Part shown: piece by piece, positions 55,916-64,000 of the stretch
Layout of the letters: the number at the start of each line of letters is the position of its first letter
How positions within the stretch are numbered: position 1 is the first letter of the stretch
Source of the DNA: Waterburya sp.
GTDB taxonomy: Bacteria > Cyanobacteriota > Cyanobacteriia > Cyanobacteriales > Xenococcaceae
Reading direction: 5' to 3'
Assembly: GCA_965217895.1 (NCBI GenBank)
Contig: CBDCJV010000002.1
Location: 1,760,001 to 1,824,000, forward strand
DNA length: 64,000 nucleotides
The notes under the pieces: model-generated
The model's database searches: none
What the model was told of the DNA's origin: nothing
Seen by the model: only the letters and a program-made list of their open reading frames with translations
Position numbers and translations under genes: made by a program

Positions 55916-58594
55916 TCAACTTTTAGATTTATATTCGCTTTTCTGCATAATCAAGCTTGCAATTAAACCAGTCCAGCCAGTCTGATGAGATGCGCCCAAA
56001 CCTGCACCATTATCACCATGAAAATACTCATGAAATAGAATCAGGTTTTGCCAATGAGGATCGGCGTGAAATTTAGTAAAATCTCCGTATACAGGTCTTG
56101 CTCCTTTTGCCTTGGGTAAAAAGATATTAATTAATCTTCTTTCCAATTCCGAGGCTATTTCCTTGAGACTCAGCATTGTACCCGAACCTGTGGGGCATTC
56201 TACTTTAAAATTACCATCATAATAGCAGTCAAATCTTTGCAAAGATTCTATTAAAAGATAGTTGATCGGAAACCAGATAGGTCCTCGCCAGTTAGAATTT
56301 CCCCCAAACATTTTGGTCGGCGACTCGGCTGGTTCATAAGTTACATCATATTTTTTTTCTTTAGTGTTAAAGACGTAGGGATGTTCTTGATGATATTTAG
56401 ATACAGAACGAATGCCATAATCACTGAGAAATTCAGTTTCATCTAGCATTTTCTCTAATAGAAGACGTAACCTGTCTTCATTAACTACTGCTAAGAGGCG
56501 ACTAGAATCACTATCGCATCCTTCCATACAGGCGAGGTTGCGACTAAGCTGAGGACGTTCTTTAATAAACCAATCAATACGGCTTTTAAAGCTGGGTAGT
56601 TTTTCTAAGGTCTCTTGTTGAATAGTAGTTACAGCAAGTAGAGGAATTAAACCGACAAGCGATCGCACTTTTAGATCGATATTTTCACCATTGGGAAGAT
56701 GCAAAACATCATAATAAAAACTATCTTCTTCATTCCATAAGTCTGTGCCTTCCGTCCCCAAATGGTTCATGGCATCGACAATATAAAGGAAGTGTTCAAA
56801 AAACTTACTGGCAATGTCTTCATAAACATCGTTATCCTCTGCCAACTCTAAGGCAATAGTTAGTAAGTCCAGACAGTACATTGCCATCCAGCTAGTACCA
56901 TCAGACTGTGATAGTCTGCCTCCTGTGGGTAAGTCGCCACGATTAAATACGCCAATGTTATCTAAACCCAAAAATCCACCTTGGAAGACATTGTTATTTT
57001 CGTCGTCATTTTGATTTACCCACCAGGTAAAATTAAGCAATAGCTTTTGGAAAACTCTCTCCAAAAACTTCTTGTCCGAACGCCCATATATCTTTTGTTC
57101 AATAGTATATACTTGCCATGCAGCCCAAGCGTGAACAGGGGGGTTGACCCCACTAAAATCCCATTCATAGGAAGGCATTTTGCCGTTGGGGTGCATATAC
57201 CATTCACGAGTAAGTCTTTGTAGCTGTTTCTTAGCAAAGTCAGGGTCGATCGCCGCCAAAGGAATCATGTGAAAAGCCAAATCCCAGGCTGCAAAATAGG
57301 GATACTCCCACTTATCGGGCATCGATATGACATCATCAGCGTGAAGATGTATCCAGTTACTGTTTGTGCCTTTCTTCCTTTTTTCAGGGGGTTTGGGTTG
57401 AGATGGATCGCCTTTTAGCCAAGTATCAACTACATAATAATAATATTGCTTGTTCCAGAGCATCCCTGCAAATGCCTGACGTTCAATATTTTGTAATTCC
57501 AGGCTTTTTTGCTGAGGAGATACGCGCTGATAAAATTCGTCGGCTTCTTGTTGCCGTACTTGAAAGGTATCGTTGAAAGTCTGCCCAAAAGGTGTTTTTA
57601 GATCTGGCTGATTAGATAGTCTTAGCTGTATGCCCGTAGTTTCCCCCGCACCTAATTCTAAGACGTGATGAATAGCGAATTTAGTACCAATATTATCGGG
57701 ATTAACTGCGTCTGCTTGTCCTTTTACCACATAACTATTAAAGGCATCTTTGACGTAGGGGGAATCATTTTTTGTCTGAGATAATCTTTGATAATTGGTG
57801 TTATTTTCTGTAAACAGTAATGGTGTATCGTTATCGTGAGCGCAATACAGCCATCGTTTACCCAAATCAGGATGCTGTGTTTCAATAACGCTGTAGTTTT
57901 CGGTGCGATCGTATATTTTTAATTTTGGTTTCTCAACCTCATAACCCCAAGACCAAATATTGCGAAACCAGAGTGTAGGCAGTAAATGAATGGTTGCACT
58001 TTCGGTTGCGCGATTGGCAACCTGAATATAAATTAAAATATCTTCATCGCTAGCTTTGGCATATTCAACTGTGACATCAAAGTACTTATCTGACTCAAAA
58101 ATCCCTGTTTCGATTAATTCAAACTCTCTATTTTTTAGACCTCTTTCTTTATTCTTTTGTTTTAATTGGGAGTAAGGAAAAGCTGCTTGAGGGTACTTAT
58201 AGAGAAACTTCATATAAGAATGAGTAGGAGTATTATCGAGGTGGAAATAATACTCTTTGACATCTTCCCCATGATTGCCTTGAGAGTTAGTTAAACCATA
58301 AAATCTTTCTTTTAAAAAAGGGTCATTTCCATTCCAAAGGGACAGAGAAAAACATAACCTTTGGTGATTATCAGAAATACCCGCAATACCATCTTCTCCC
58401 CAACGATATGCCCGATAGTGAGACTGTTCAAAATCAAAGTAATCCCAGGCTGAACCGTCGGCACTATAGTCTTCCCGTACAGTTCCCCACTGGCGATCGC
58501 TCAAGTAACATCCCCATCTACGCCAGTATGCTTTACGCTCTCTATCTTCTTGCAACCTGAGTTCTTCTTGAGTAGGCTTTTGATGGTCTGGCAT
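55916..58594 (-). CDS. GH63/MGH1-like glycoside hydrolase
   Basis: RQWGTVREDYS, SMPDKWEYP.FAAWDLAFH, NPPVHAWA, NSNWRGPIW, GLGASHQTGWT. Confidence 0.92.
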   Translation of the reverse strand: MPDHQKPTQEELRLQEDRERKAYWRRWGCYLSDRQWGTVREDYSADGSAWDYFDFEQSHYRAYRWGEDGIAGISDNHQRLCFSLSLWNGNDPFLKERFYGLTNSQGNHGEDVKEYYFHLDNTPTHSYMKFLYKYPQAAFPYSQLKQKNKERGLKNREFELIETGIFESDKYFDVTVEYAKASDEDILIYIQVANRATESATIHLLPTLWFRNIWSWGYEVEKPKLKIYDRTENYSVIETQHPDLGKRWLYCAHDNDTPLLFTENNTNYQRLSQTKNDSPYVKDAFNSYVVKGQADAVNPDNIGTKFAIHHVLELGAGETTGIQLRLSNQPDLKTPFGQTFNDTFQVRQQEADEFYQRVSPQQKSLELQNIERQAFAGMLWNKQYYYYVVDTWLKGDPSQPKPPEKRKKGTNSNWIHLHADDVISMPDKWEYPYFAAWDLAFHMIPLAAIDPDFAKKQLQRLTREWYMHPNGKMPSYEWDFSGVNPPVHAWAAWQVYTIEQKIYGRSDKKFLERVFQKLLLNFTWWVNQNDDENNNVFQGGFLGLDNIGVFNRGDLPTGGRLSQSDGTSWMAMYCLDLLTIALELAEDNDVYEDIASKFFEHFLYIVDAMNHLGTEGTDLWNEEDSFYYDVLHLPNGENIDLKVRSLVGLIPLLAVTTIQQETLEKLPSFKSRIDWFIKERPQLSRNLACMEGCDSDSSRLLAVVNEDRLRLLLEKMLDETEFLSDYGIRSVSKYHQEHPYVFNTKEKKYDVTYEPAESPTKMFGGNSNWRGPIWFPINYLLIESLQRFDCYYDGNFKVECPTGSGTMLSLKEIASELERRLINIFLPKAKGARPVYGDFTKFHADPHWQNLILFHEYFHGDNGAGLGASHQTGWTGLIASLIMQKSEYKSKS

Positions 58595-58852
58595 AGTTCC
58601 TGGTTAAGATAGTTATCGATATCAGCTTATGTATTAATTAACATTAACAATTATTAATAAGTTATAGGTCAGCTTAGATGATATTTTTCTAGTATTTATC
58701 GTTCTCAAGGTAGATATGTGTAAATCTTATTACCTATTTCTCTAGTTAGATATTGAACGCTGAGAATCTTTCTATATGTAGATGTGCGATCGCTTGAAAT
58801 GTTGCTCTAATTAAGATAAAGACACACAAGCAATCAAATCATCTTACTACTC

Positions 58853-59392
58853 ATGCAAAAGTTAAATATCGGTCTAACAGAAGAACAGCGACATGGCGTA
58901 ATAGAACTCTTGAATCGGGATTTAGCCAATCAATACCTACTTATCATTAAAACTAAAAAGTATCATTGGGATGTCATTGGTCCTCAATTTCGTACTTTAC
59001 ATACCCTTTGGGAAGAGCATTACGAGGCTTTGACTCTCAATATAGATGCAACAGCCGAAAGAGTACGTGCTTTGGGTGGTTATCCCATAGGAACAGCAGC
59101 AGGATTTATTCAGTACGGTACTATTTCCGAACACGCTAACGATTTACCCAACGCTAATGAGATGGTAAGCCGTTTGGTACAGGATCACGAGCTAGTTATT
59201 CGCGACTTACGAGAAGACATCGACAAGTGTGGTGAACAGTTCCACGACGAAGGCACGGCTGACTTCCTGACAGGGTTAATGGAACAGCACGAAGAAATGG
59301 CTTGGATGTTACGTTCCTTCTTAGAGGGTGAAGAAATAAAGCCTAGTGGCGATCGCCCTGAAGCAGAAACTAAACCCACTGTCAATGCCTAA
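58853..59392 (+). CDS. dps: Dps-family protein (second Dps in window)
   Basis: KTKKYHWDV.GPQF..LH, D..AERVRALGG, HEEMAWML. Confidence 0.92.
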   Translation: MQKLNIGLTEEQRHGVIELLNRDLANQYLLIIKTKKYHWDVIGPQFRTLHTLWEEHYEALTLNIDATAERVRALGGYPIGTAAGFIQYGTISEHANDLPNANEMVSRLVQDHELVIRDLREDIDKCGEQFHDEGTADFLTGLMEQHEEMAWMLRSFLEGEEIKPSGDRPEAETKPTVNA

Positions 59393-59453
59393 ATCGATTT
59401 TGTCTAGTCATAAACCATAAAAGAAAGCATTTTTGAGGAGGATTTAAGAGAAG

Positions 59454-60218
59454 ATGGCAGACTATACAGCCGAACGCACTATCACCGCAGTATTAAAAGA
59501 AGAAGAACAAGTAGATAATGTTGTTCGTCGTTTGATTGATCGTGGTGTGCCTCAAGACCACATTTCGGTAATGGGGCAAAACTTTCAATCTCAAACTCGC
59601 ATTACTGGATTTATCAGTAAAAAAGACGTTGTGCTGGGTGGCTTGCGTACTGGTGCCGTTTTTGGCTCTTTATTTGGTTCTCTTTTGAGCTTATTTACTG
59701 GTATTGGCGTGCTGTTTATTCCCTTTATCGGTTCGGTTGTAGCCGCAGGGCCAATTACCTCTGTGTTGCTTGGTGCTGCTACTGGCGCGATCGCTGGAGG
59801 TGCGGGCGCGAGTTTAGCTTCGGCTTTAGCTACTTTGGGAATGCCCAAGGAAAAGGCTGCGGTATACGAAACCCGCGTTAAAGCGGGTGAATATTTGCTG
59901 ATGGCGGAAGTTCCAGCTAATAAATCTGGAGAGTACCAGCTATTAATCGAAAGCGCAGGCGGAGAAGAAATTCACATTAATGATTCTACCTTGCCCCGCC
60001 CTTGTCCTGGTCGCTGCGAAGGAGCAGAAGATTTATCCCCAGAAATTCGCTCCCATCTTTCAGATGCAGCACAGCAAGACTTTATCGCCAGTTATAATGC
60101 TACGTTTGATGAAACAAATAATGAGACCCAAGCAGAGCATAAAGCTTGGGCAACCATTAAAGACAAATATGATGAAGATGAGAATGGCATCTGGTCAAAA
60201 TCTAAAGTAGCATCATAA
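59454..60218 (+). CDS. General-stress (YflT-like) membrane protein with C-terminal ChaB-like domain
   Basis: Gly-rich hairpin IPFIG.VVAAGP; C-terminal L..EIR.HL...AQ..F...YN......AW..IK..Y. Confidence 0.8.
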   Translation: MADYTAERTITAVLKEEEQVDNVVRRLIDRGVPQDHISVMGQNFQSQTRITGFISKKDVVLGGLRTGAVFGSLFGSLLSLFTGIGVLFIPFIGSVVAAGPITSVLLGAATGAIAGGAGASLASALATLGMPKEKAAVYETRVKAGEYLLMAEVPANKSGEYQLLIESAGGEEIHINDSTLPRPCPGRCEGAEDLSPEIRSHLSDAAQQDFIASYNATFDETNNETQAEHKAWATIKDKYDEDENGIWSKSKVAS

Positions 60219-60361
60219 AAATATGGCGATCGCCTCAAGAAATATTTATTAAGGCGATCGCTGTTTTAAATACTTATCAATATTCAATCCTTCAACGAAA
60301 GGATTGATGTTTTTTTTGCTACTTATTCTTTCTTTTTTTCGCCGAACTCACGTTATACAGT

Positions 60362-60407
60362 ATGAGCGCGAGAGGACTCGAACCTCTGACCTACAGGATC
60401 GAAACCT
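60362..60407 (-). repeat. Inverted duplicate of the tRNA-Arg(CCG) 3' half (att-like)
   Basis: Reverse complement of 60362-60398 is identical to 45621-45657 (37 bp); 44/46 over 45612-45657. Confidence 0.9.
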
Positions 60408-61575
60408 ATAAAAAAACGTATTTCAGTATAGTTTCAATGAATTTATAAAGCTTATAGCCTCTACATTCAAGCTTGTAATTCATATAGCAAACAAAAGTGG
60501 TATCAAACTGGTACATGGGTGTTAGTGCTAATGGCAGAATCTCTATGGTTGATGCTGATAAAAGCGGTAAGTTCTTTAATCGTCATGCAATAAAACACAT
60601 TAGTGCTGAAGTGCCTGATGCTAGCTTTGACCGCTTAGTAGCTGAAATCTCTAATAGTAACTTTGCTGTTAACTGGGGTTCTATGCAGAACTCCCTATTT
60701 ATTAATTCACCTTTGTTAAGTTTGGCTGTTGGTGACGGTGGCTTTGTAGTCCGTAATCCTCTAACTTTCATTAGATAAAAATCGTTTGGCTGGAATTACT
60801 TAAAAAGAAAAATGCCTGCTGAGGAAGGATATATAGGCTTAATTGCTGAATTGATTATATTTTATTCAGTTAAATTGCTGAGGAAATTTATAGTTACTTT
60901 TTATATGATGCTAATAGCTGCTTTGTAGACTTGTATAATAAATTTCAAGCTAAATCCTAGGTCAAGATAAAAAAAAGGTACCAGCAACTACTACTGATAC
61001 CTTTGGAGTCCCACGAACTGTGAAATACCAAATAACAAAATTTGGTACTCATACAGGATAGTCCGAATTTGCTCCTGTAATGTATCAGATTTTACCATCT
61101 ATTTTTTTCTATTGCCATGAAATATCTAAAACTTTCATGACAAACTAACTGTATCTAAATCTTGATCGGTGAATAACGCAGTTATGTCACAGTAAATAAA
61201 CTTTCTACAAGCTGATATGTGAAGCAGCACACTGTAGATAAAATGGATGGGTATTAGCAATCCCAAGTTTTCTGACTTTATGGCGATCGCTTTTCCGCCT
61301 GAATCCAATCCTCCAATTTCTTTGATTTTTACATTTCAGGTAAACTAAACGCTCTAATTACCTTATCTACACTGGTAATAAATGAGCTTAAAGCCCCATA
61401 ATGTAGGTTCGATTAAATAGTTAAATAACCTGAGTTCAAAATAACTGAGAAGCCTTATCCTTTCGTTAGCCAAAAATACTATTCCTTTGTAAAATTACCG
61501 TCAAAATTGTCTTAACCTGAAAGTAGCGTTAAATACTTTGAATATAGGAAATTGGAAAAAATTTTATTTACATAA

Positions 61576-61647
61576 GAAAAAGGTTTTGGGAGTCTTGCCG
61601 TGTTTCGACCCCAAAACCTTTCTCTCTTACACTTACTCCTCACACAC
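61576..61647 (-). ncRNA. yfr2: Yfr2-family sRNA
   Basis: Minus strand GTGTGTGAGGAG 5' motif, long stem AAAGGTTTTGGGGTC-GAAACACGGCAA-GACTCCCAAAACCTTT, TACACT -10 box 7 nt upstream. Confidence 0.75.
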
Positions 61648-61746
61648 AATTAATAGTGTACGGCGACTATTCGATCGCTGTTGCATTTTAGGTGACACTT
61701 TTTAGATCGTCATAATATTCGAGCAAGCTTCTAGAATTAAGCCAAT

Positions 61747-63663
61747 TTAGCTAACCGCAGAGGGTTCTTTATTTTTACTATCGAAGAAAGTTTTCAAGAT
61801 ACTTTCTGCCATCTGAGGACTGCTCAAGCCCAAACTAGCTTTAGATTGATTGGGGGTAGCATGATCGACCAAAATGTCTGGTATGCCAAAGCGTTCGACT
61901 GGTACTAAAACATTATGCTCTTGAAGAGCTTCTAGTACTGCCGAACCAAATCCACCCATAAGACAGCCTTCTTCTAGGGTAACGACTTTGCCGATACGTT
62001 TAGCTAAAGGAACTATCAAATTTGTGTCTAGAGGTTTAACAAAGCGAGCATTAACTACTGTAGCTTCAATACCGTGTTCGCTCAATATTTCAGCTACCTG
62101 TAAAGCAGGATATACCTGAGTGCCATAGCCAACTAGAAGTAGGTCGTCGCCACTGCGCAGAATTTCCCCTTTGCCAATTTCAATAGGTTCCCAGCCTTCT
62201 TCCATCAGCGGTACTCCAATACCATTATCACGGGAATAACGCATGGCGATCGCACCATCATTGTAGTTAACGCCTGTCACCACCATCTGCTGTAGTTCAG
62301 CCTCGTCTTTTGGTGCCATGACGACAATATTGGGAATACACCGTAGATAAGCGATATCGTACATTCCCTGGTGGGTAGGGCCATCTGCCCCGACAATTCC
62401 TGCTCGATCTAAACAAAAGAAGACAGGTAGCTTTTGAATACAGATATCATGAATGATCTGATCGTAAGCTCGCTGCAAGAAAGTTGAATAAATCGCGACT
62501 ACAGGTTTCATCCCTTCACAAGCCATTCCTGCTGATAGGGTAACAGCGTGTTGTTCGGCAATGCCGACATCAATATATTGCTTGGGTAATTTGCTTTGGA
62601 GTTTATCTAAACCTGTTCCCGTTGCCATCGCTGCGGTAATGCCCACAATTTTCGGGTCGTTTTCTGCCAGGGTAGTTAGAGTATCAGCAAATACTTTGCA
62701 ATATTTAGGAGGCTTAGGTTTGGTAGCGGGAATACCTTTACCTGTGGCTAAATTAAAGGGACTTTGAGCATGATAGCCTACCTGATCTTTTTCAGCGATC
62801 GCATATCCTTTTCCCTTGACAGTTGCCACATGAACTAACACAGGACCAGGTACTTTATGAGCCTGTTTAAAGGTAGAAATTAATTCTGCTAAATTGTGTC
62901 CATCAATAGGACCAAAATACTTGAAGCCTAATTCTTCAATCACTGCACCAACTTTTGGCACAGCCAGCCGTTTCATTCCTTCTTTGACTCTTTCCATTTC
63001 TGGGGTTAAAGATTGACCGAAGAAGGGTAGCTGTTTAAATTGTTCTTCTAGGTTGTCAGAAAGAAACTGCACGGGGTCAGATAGTCGAACTTTGTTCAGA
63101 TAGCGAGAAATAGCTCCTACGTTGGGAGAAATAGACATTTCGTTATCGTTTAACACTACCATCAGATTAGTGTTAGGCAGGTGTCCTGCATGGTTGATAG
63201 CTTCAAGTGCCATCCCCCCAGTCAAAGCACCATCGCCGATGACCGCTACACATTTAAAATCTTCTCCTTTGGCATCCCTCGCCAACGCCATGCCTAAGGC
63301 TGCGGAAATGCTAGTCGAAGCGTGACCTGCGCCAAAATGATCGAATTTATTTTCACTTCGTTTTAAATAGCCAGCGACACCATCTTTTTGCCGTAAGGTA
63401 TTAAATTTGTTGTATCTCCCCGTGAGCAATTTATGGGGGTAAGCCTGATGTCCAACATCCCAAGTCACTTTGTCGCGGTCTAAGTCCAAAGTTTGGTAGA
63501 GGGCAATAGTTAGCTCTACTACTCCTAGACCTGGACCTAAATGACCTCCACTAGCTGCAACTGTTTGTAAATGTTTTTCTCTTATTTGGCGGGCGATTTT
63601 CTCAAGTTGTCGGATTGATAAACCGTGCAACTGATTTGGGTGAGTTATTTCACTTAAATGCAT
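61747..63663 (-). CDS. dxs: 1-deoxy-D-xylulose-5-phosphate synthase
   Basis: [47 protein letters not shown]. Confidence 0.98.
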   Translation of the reverse strand: MHLSEITHPNQLHGLSIRQLEKIARQIREKHLQTVAASGGHLGPGLGVVELTIALYQTLDLDRDKVTWDVGHQAYPHKLLTGRYNKFNTLRQKDGVAGYLKRSENKFDHFGAGHASTSISAALGMALARDAKGEDFKCVAVIGDGALTGGMALEAINHAGHLPNTNLMVVLNDNEMSISPNVGAISRYLNKVRLSDPVQFLSDNLEEQFKQLPFFGQSLTPEMERVKEGMKRLAVPKVGAVIEELGFKYFGPIDGHNLAELISTFKQAHKVPGPVLVHVATVKGKGYAIAEKDQVGYHAQSPFNLATGKGIPATKPKPPKYCKVFADTLTTLAENDPKIVGITAAMATGTGLDKLQSKLPKQYIDVGIAEQHAVTLSAGMACEGMKPVVAIYSTFLQRAYDQIIHDICIQKLPVFFCLDRAGIVGADGPTHQGMYDIAYLRCIPNIVVMAPKDEAELQQMVVTGVNYNDGAIAMRYSRDNGIGVPLMEEGWEPIEIGKGEILRSGDDLLLVGYGTQVYPALQVAEILSEHGIEATVVNARFVKPLDTNLIVPLAKRIGKVVTLEEGCLMGGFGSAVLEALQEHNVLVPVERFGIPDILVDHATPNQSKASLGLSSPQMAESILKTFFDSKNKEPSAVS

Positions 63664-63962
63664 ACTGCCGTGTTCTCTAATAACAGATTATCTATTTATT
63701 CTTGAATTGATTATCCTACTTTCTCTGTCCTCAAAGGAAAAATTGGATACTTTTCTCAATGTGATGAGCCTTGATGCTATTTTTTTTAACTAAAATTGTC
63801 CAAAAGCAGCAACAGTAAGCTTTTGTCTCGATGTTTGAAGTATCTAAAACTTTCTGCTTGTGATTTTATTGTAGCTTGTCTGCCTGAGAAGATAATTAAA
63901 AATATCTTAAGTGAATTAGTTTCGTTTAAAGCTTTTAGCCGCAGGCTTCTTGGCTTCCAAAC

Positions 63963-63998
63963 AAAGATTCCAGTAAAAGCACTTTTACTGGAATCTTT
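63963..63998. repeat. Perfect 17-bp inverted repeat, possible terminator of a gene beyond the window
   Basis: AAAGATTCCAGTAAAAG-CA-CTTTTACTGGAATCTTT. Confidence 0.6.
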
Positions 63999-64000
63999 TA

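Noticed and set aside
60497..60778. Overlapping ORFs 60497-60778 (+) and 60583-60771 (-) as an integrase
   Set aside because: No tyrosine-recombinase motifs recognised; probably a decayed gene fragment, left uncalled
61426..61532. Possible IS982-related MITE (TAACCTGAGTTC...CTTAACCTGAAAGTAGCGTTA)
   Set aside because: Ends are too degenerate to call, though the position fits a rearrangement breakpoint
61635..61645. ACTCCTCACAC on the plus strand as Yfr1
   Set aside because: No downstream terminator stem on the plus strand; the minus strand gives the full Yfr2 layout with a promoter

Overview
Chromosomal window from a low-GC, HIP1 (GCGATCGC)-rich cyanobacterium; a Pleurocapsales-like origin is my inference. 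It carries housekeeping genes (menH, coaX, bicA, folP, pgk, glyQ, futA, amiC, ispH, ndhA-I-G-E, dxs), a complete minus-strand rRNA operon (16S-tRNA-Ile-tRNA-Ala-23S-5S), tRNA-Gly and tRNA-Arg, a small EPS cluster, a stress cluster (group-2-like sigma, nblA, GH63, Dps, ChaB) and a Yfr2 sRNA. Most notable observations: (1) a 17.0-19.6 kb transposon graveyard where dead IS982 and IS630 elements carry 45-51 bp hairpin insertions, with a similar in-frame insertion in an intact glycosyltransferase; (2) a 291-bp non-autonomous IS608/IS605-type element with all four IS608 signature tetranucleotides, inserted in the conserved LPPYSPD motif of IS630, so its putative omegaRNA guide would match intact IS630 copies; (3) a Wzc tyrosine autokinase with an HmpF-like C-terminal coiled coil; (4) an inverted duplicate of the tRNA-Arg 3' half 14.7 kb downstream, suggesting an att site plus an inversion; (5) a two-GAF DXCF cyanobacteriochrome with no recognisable output domain; (6) a recurring palindromic motif upstream of stress genes. 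All family assignments come from visual motif recognition, not database searches.
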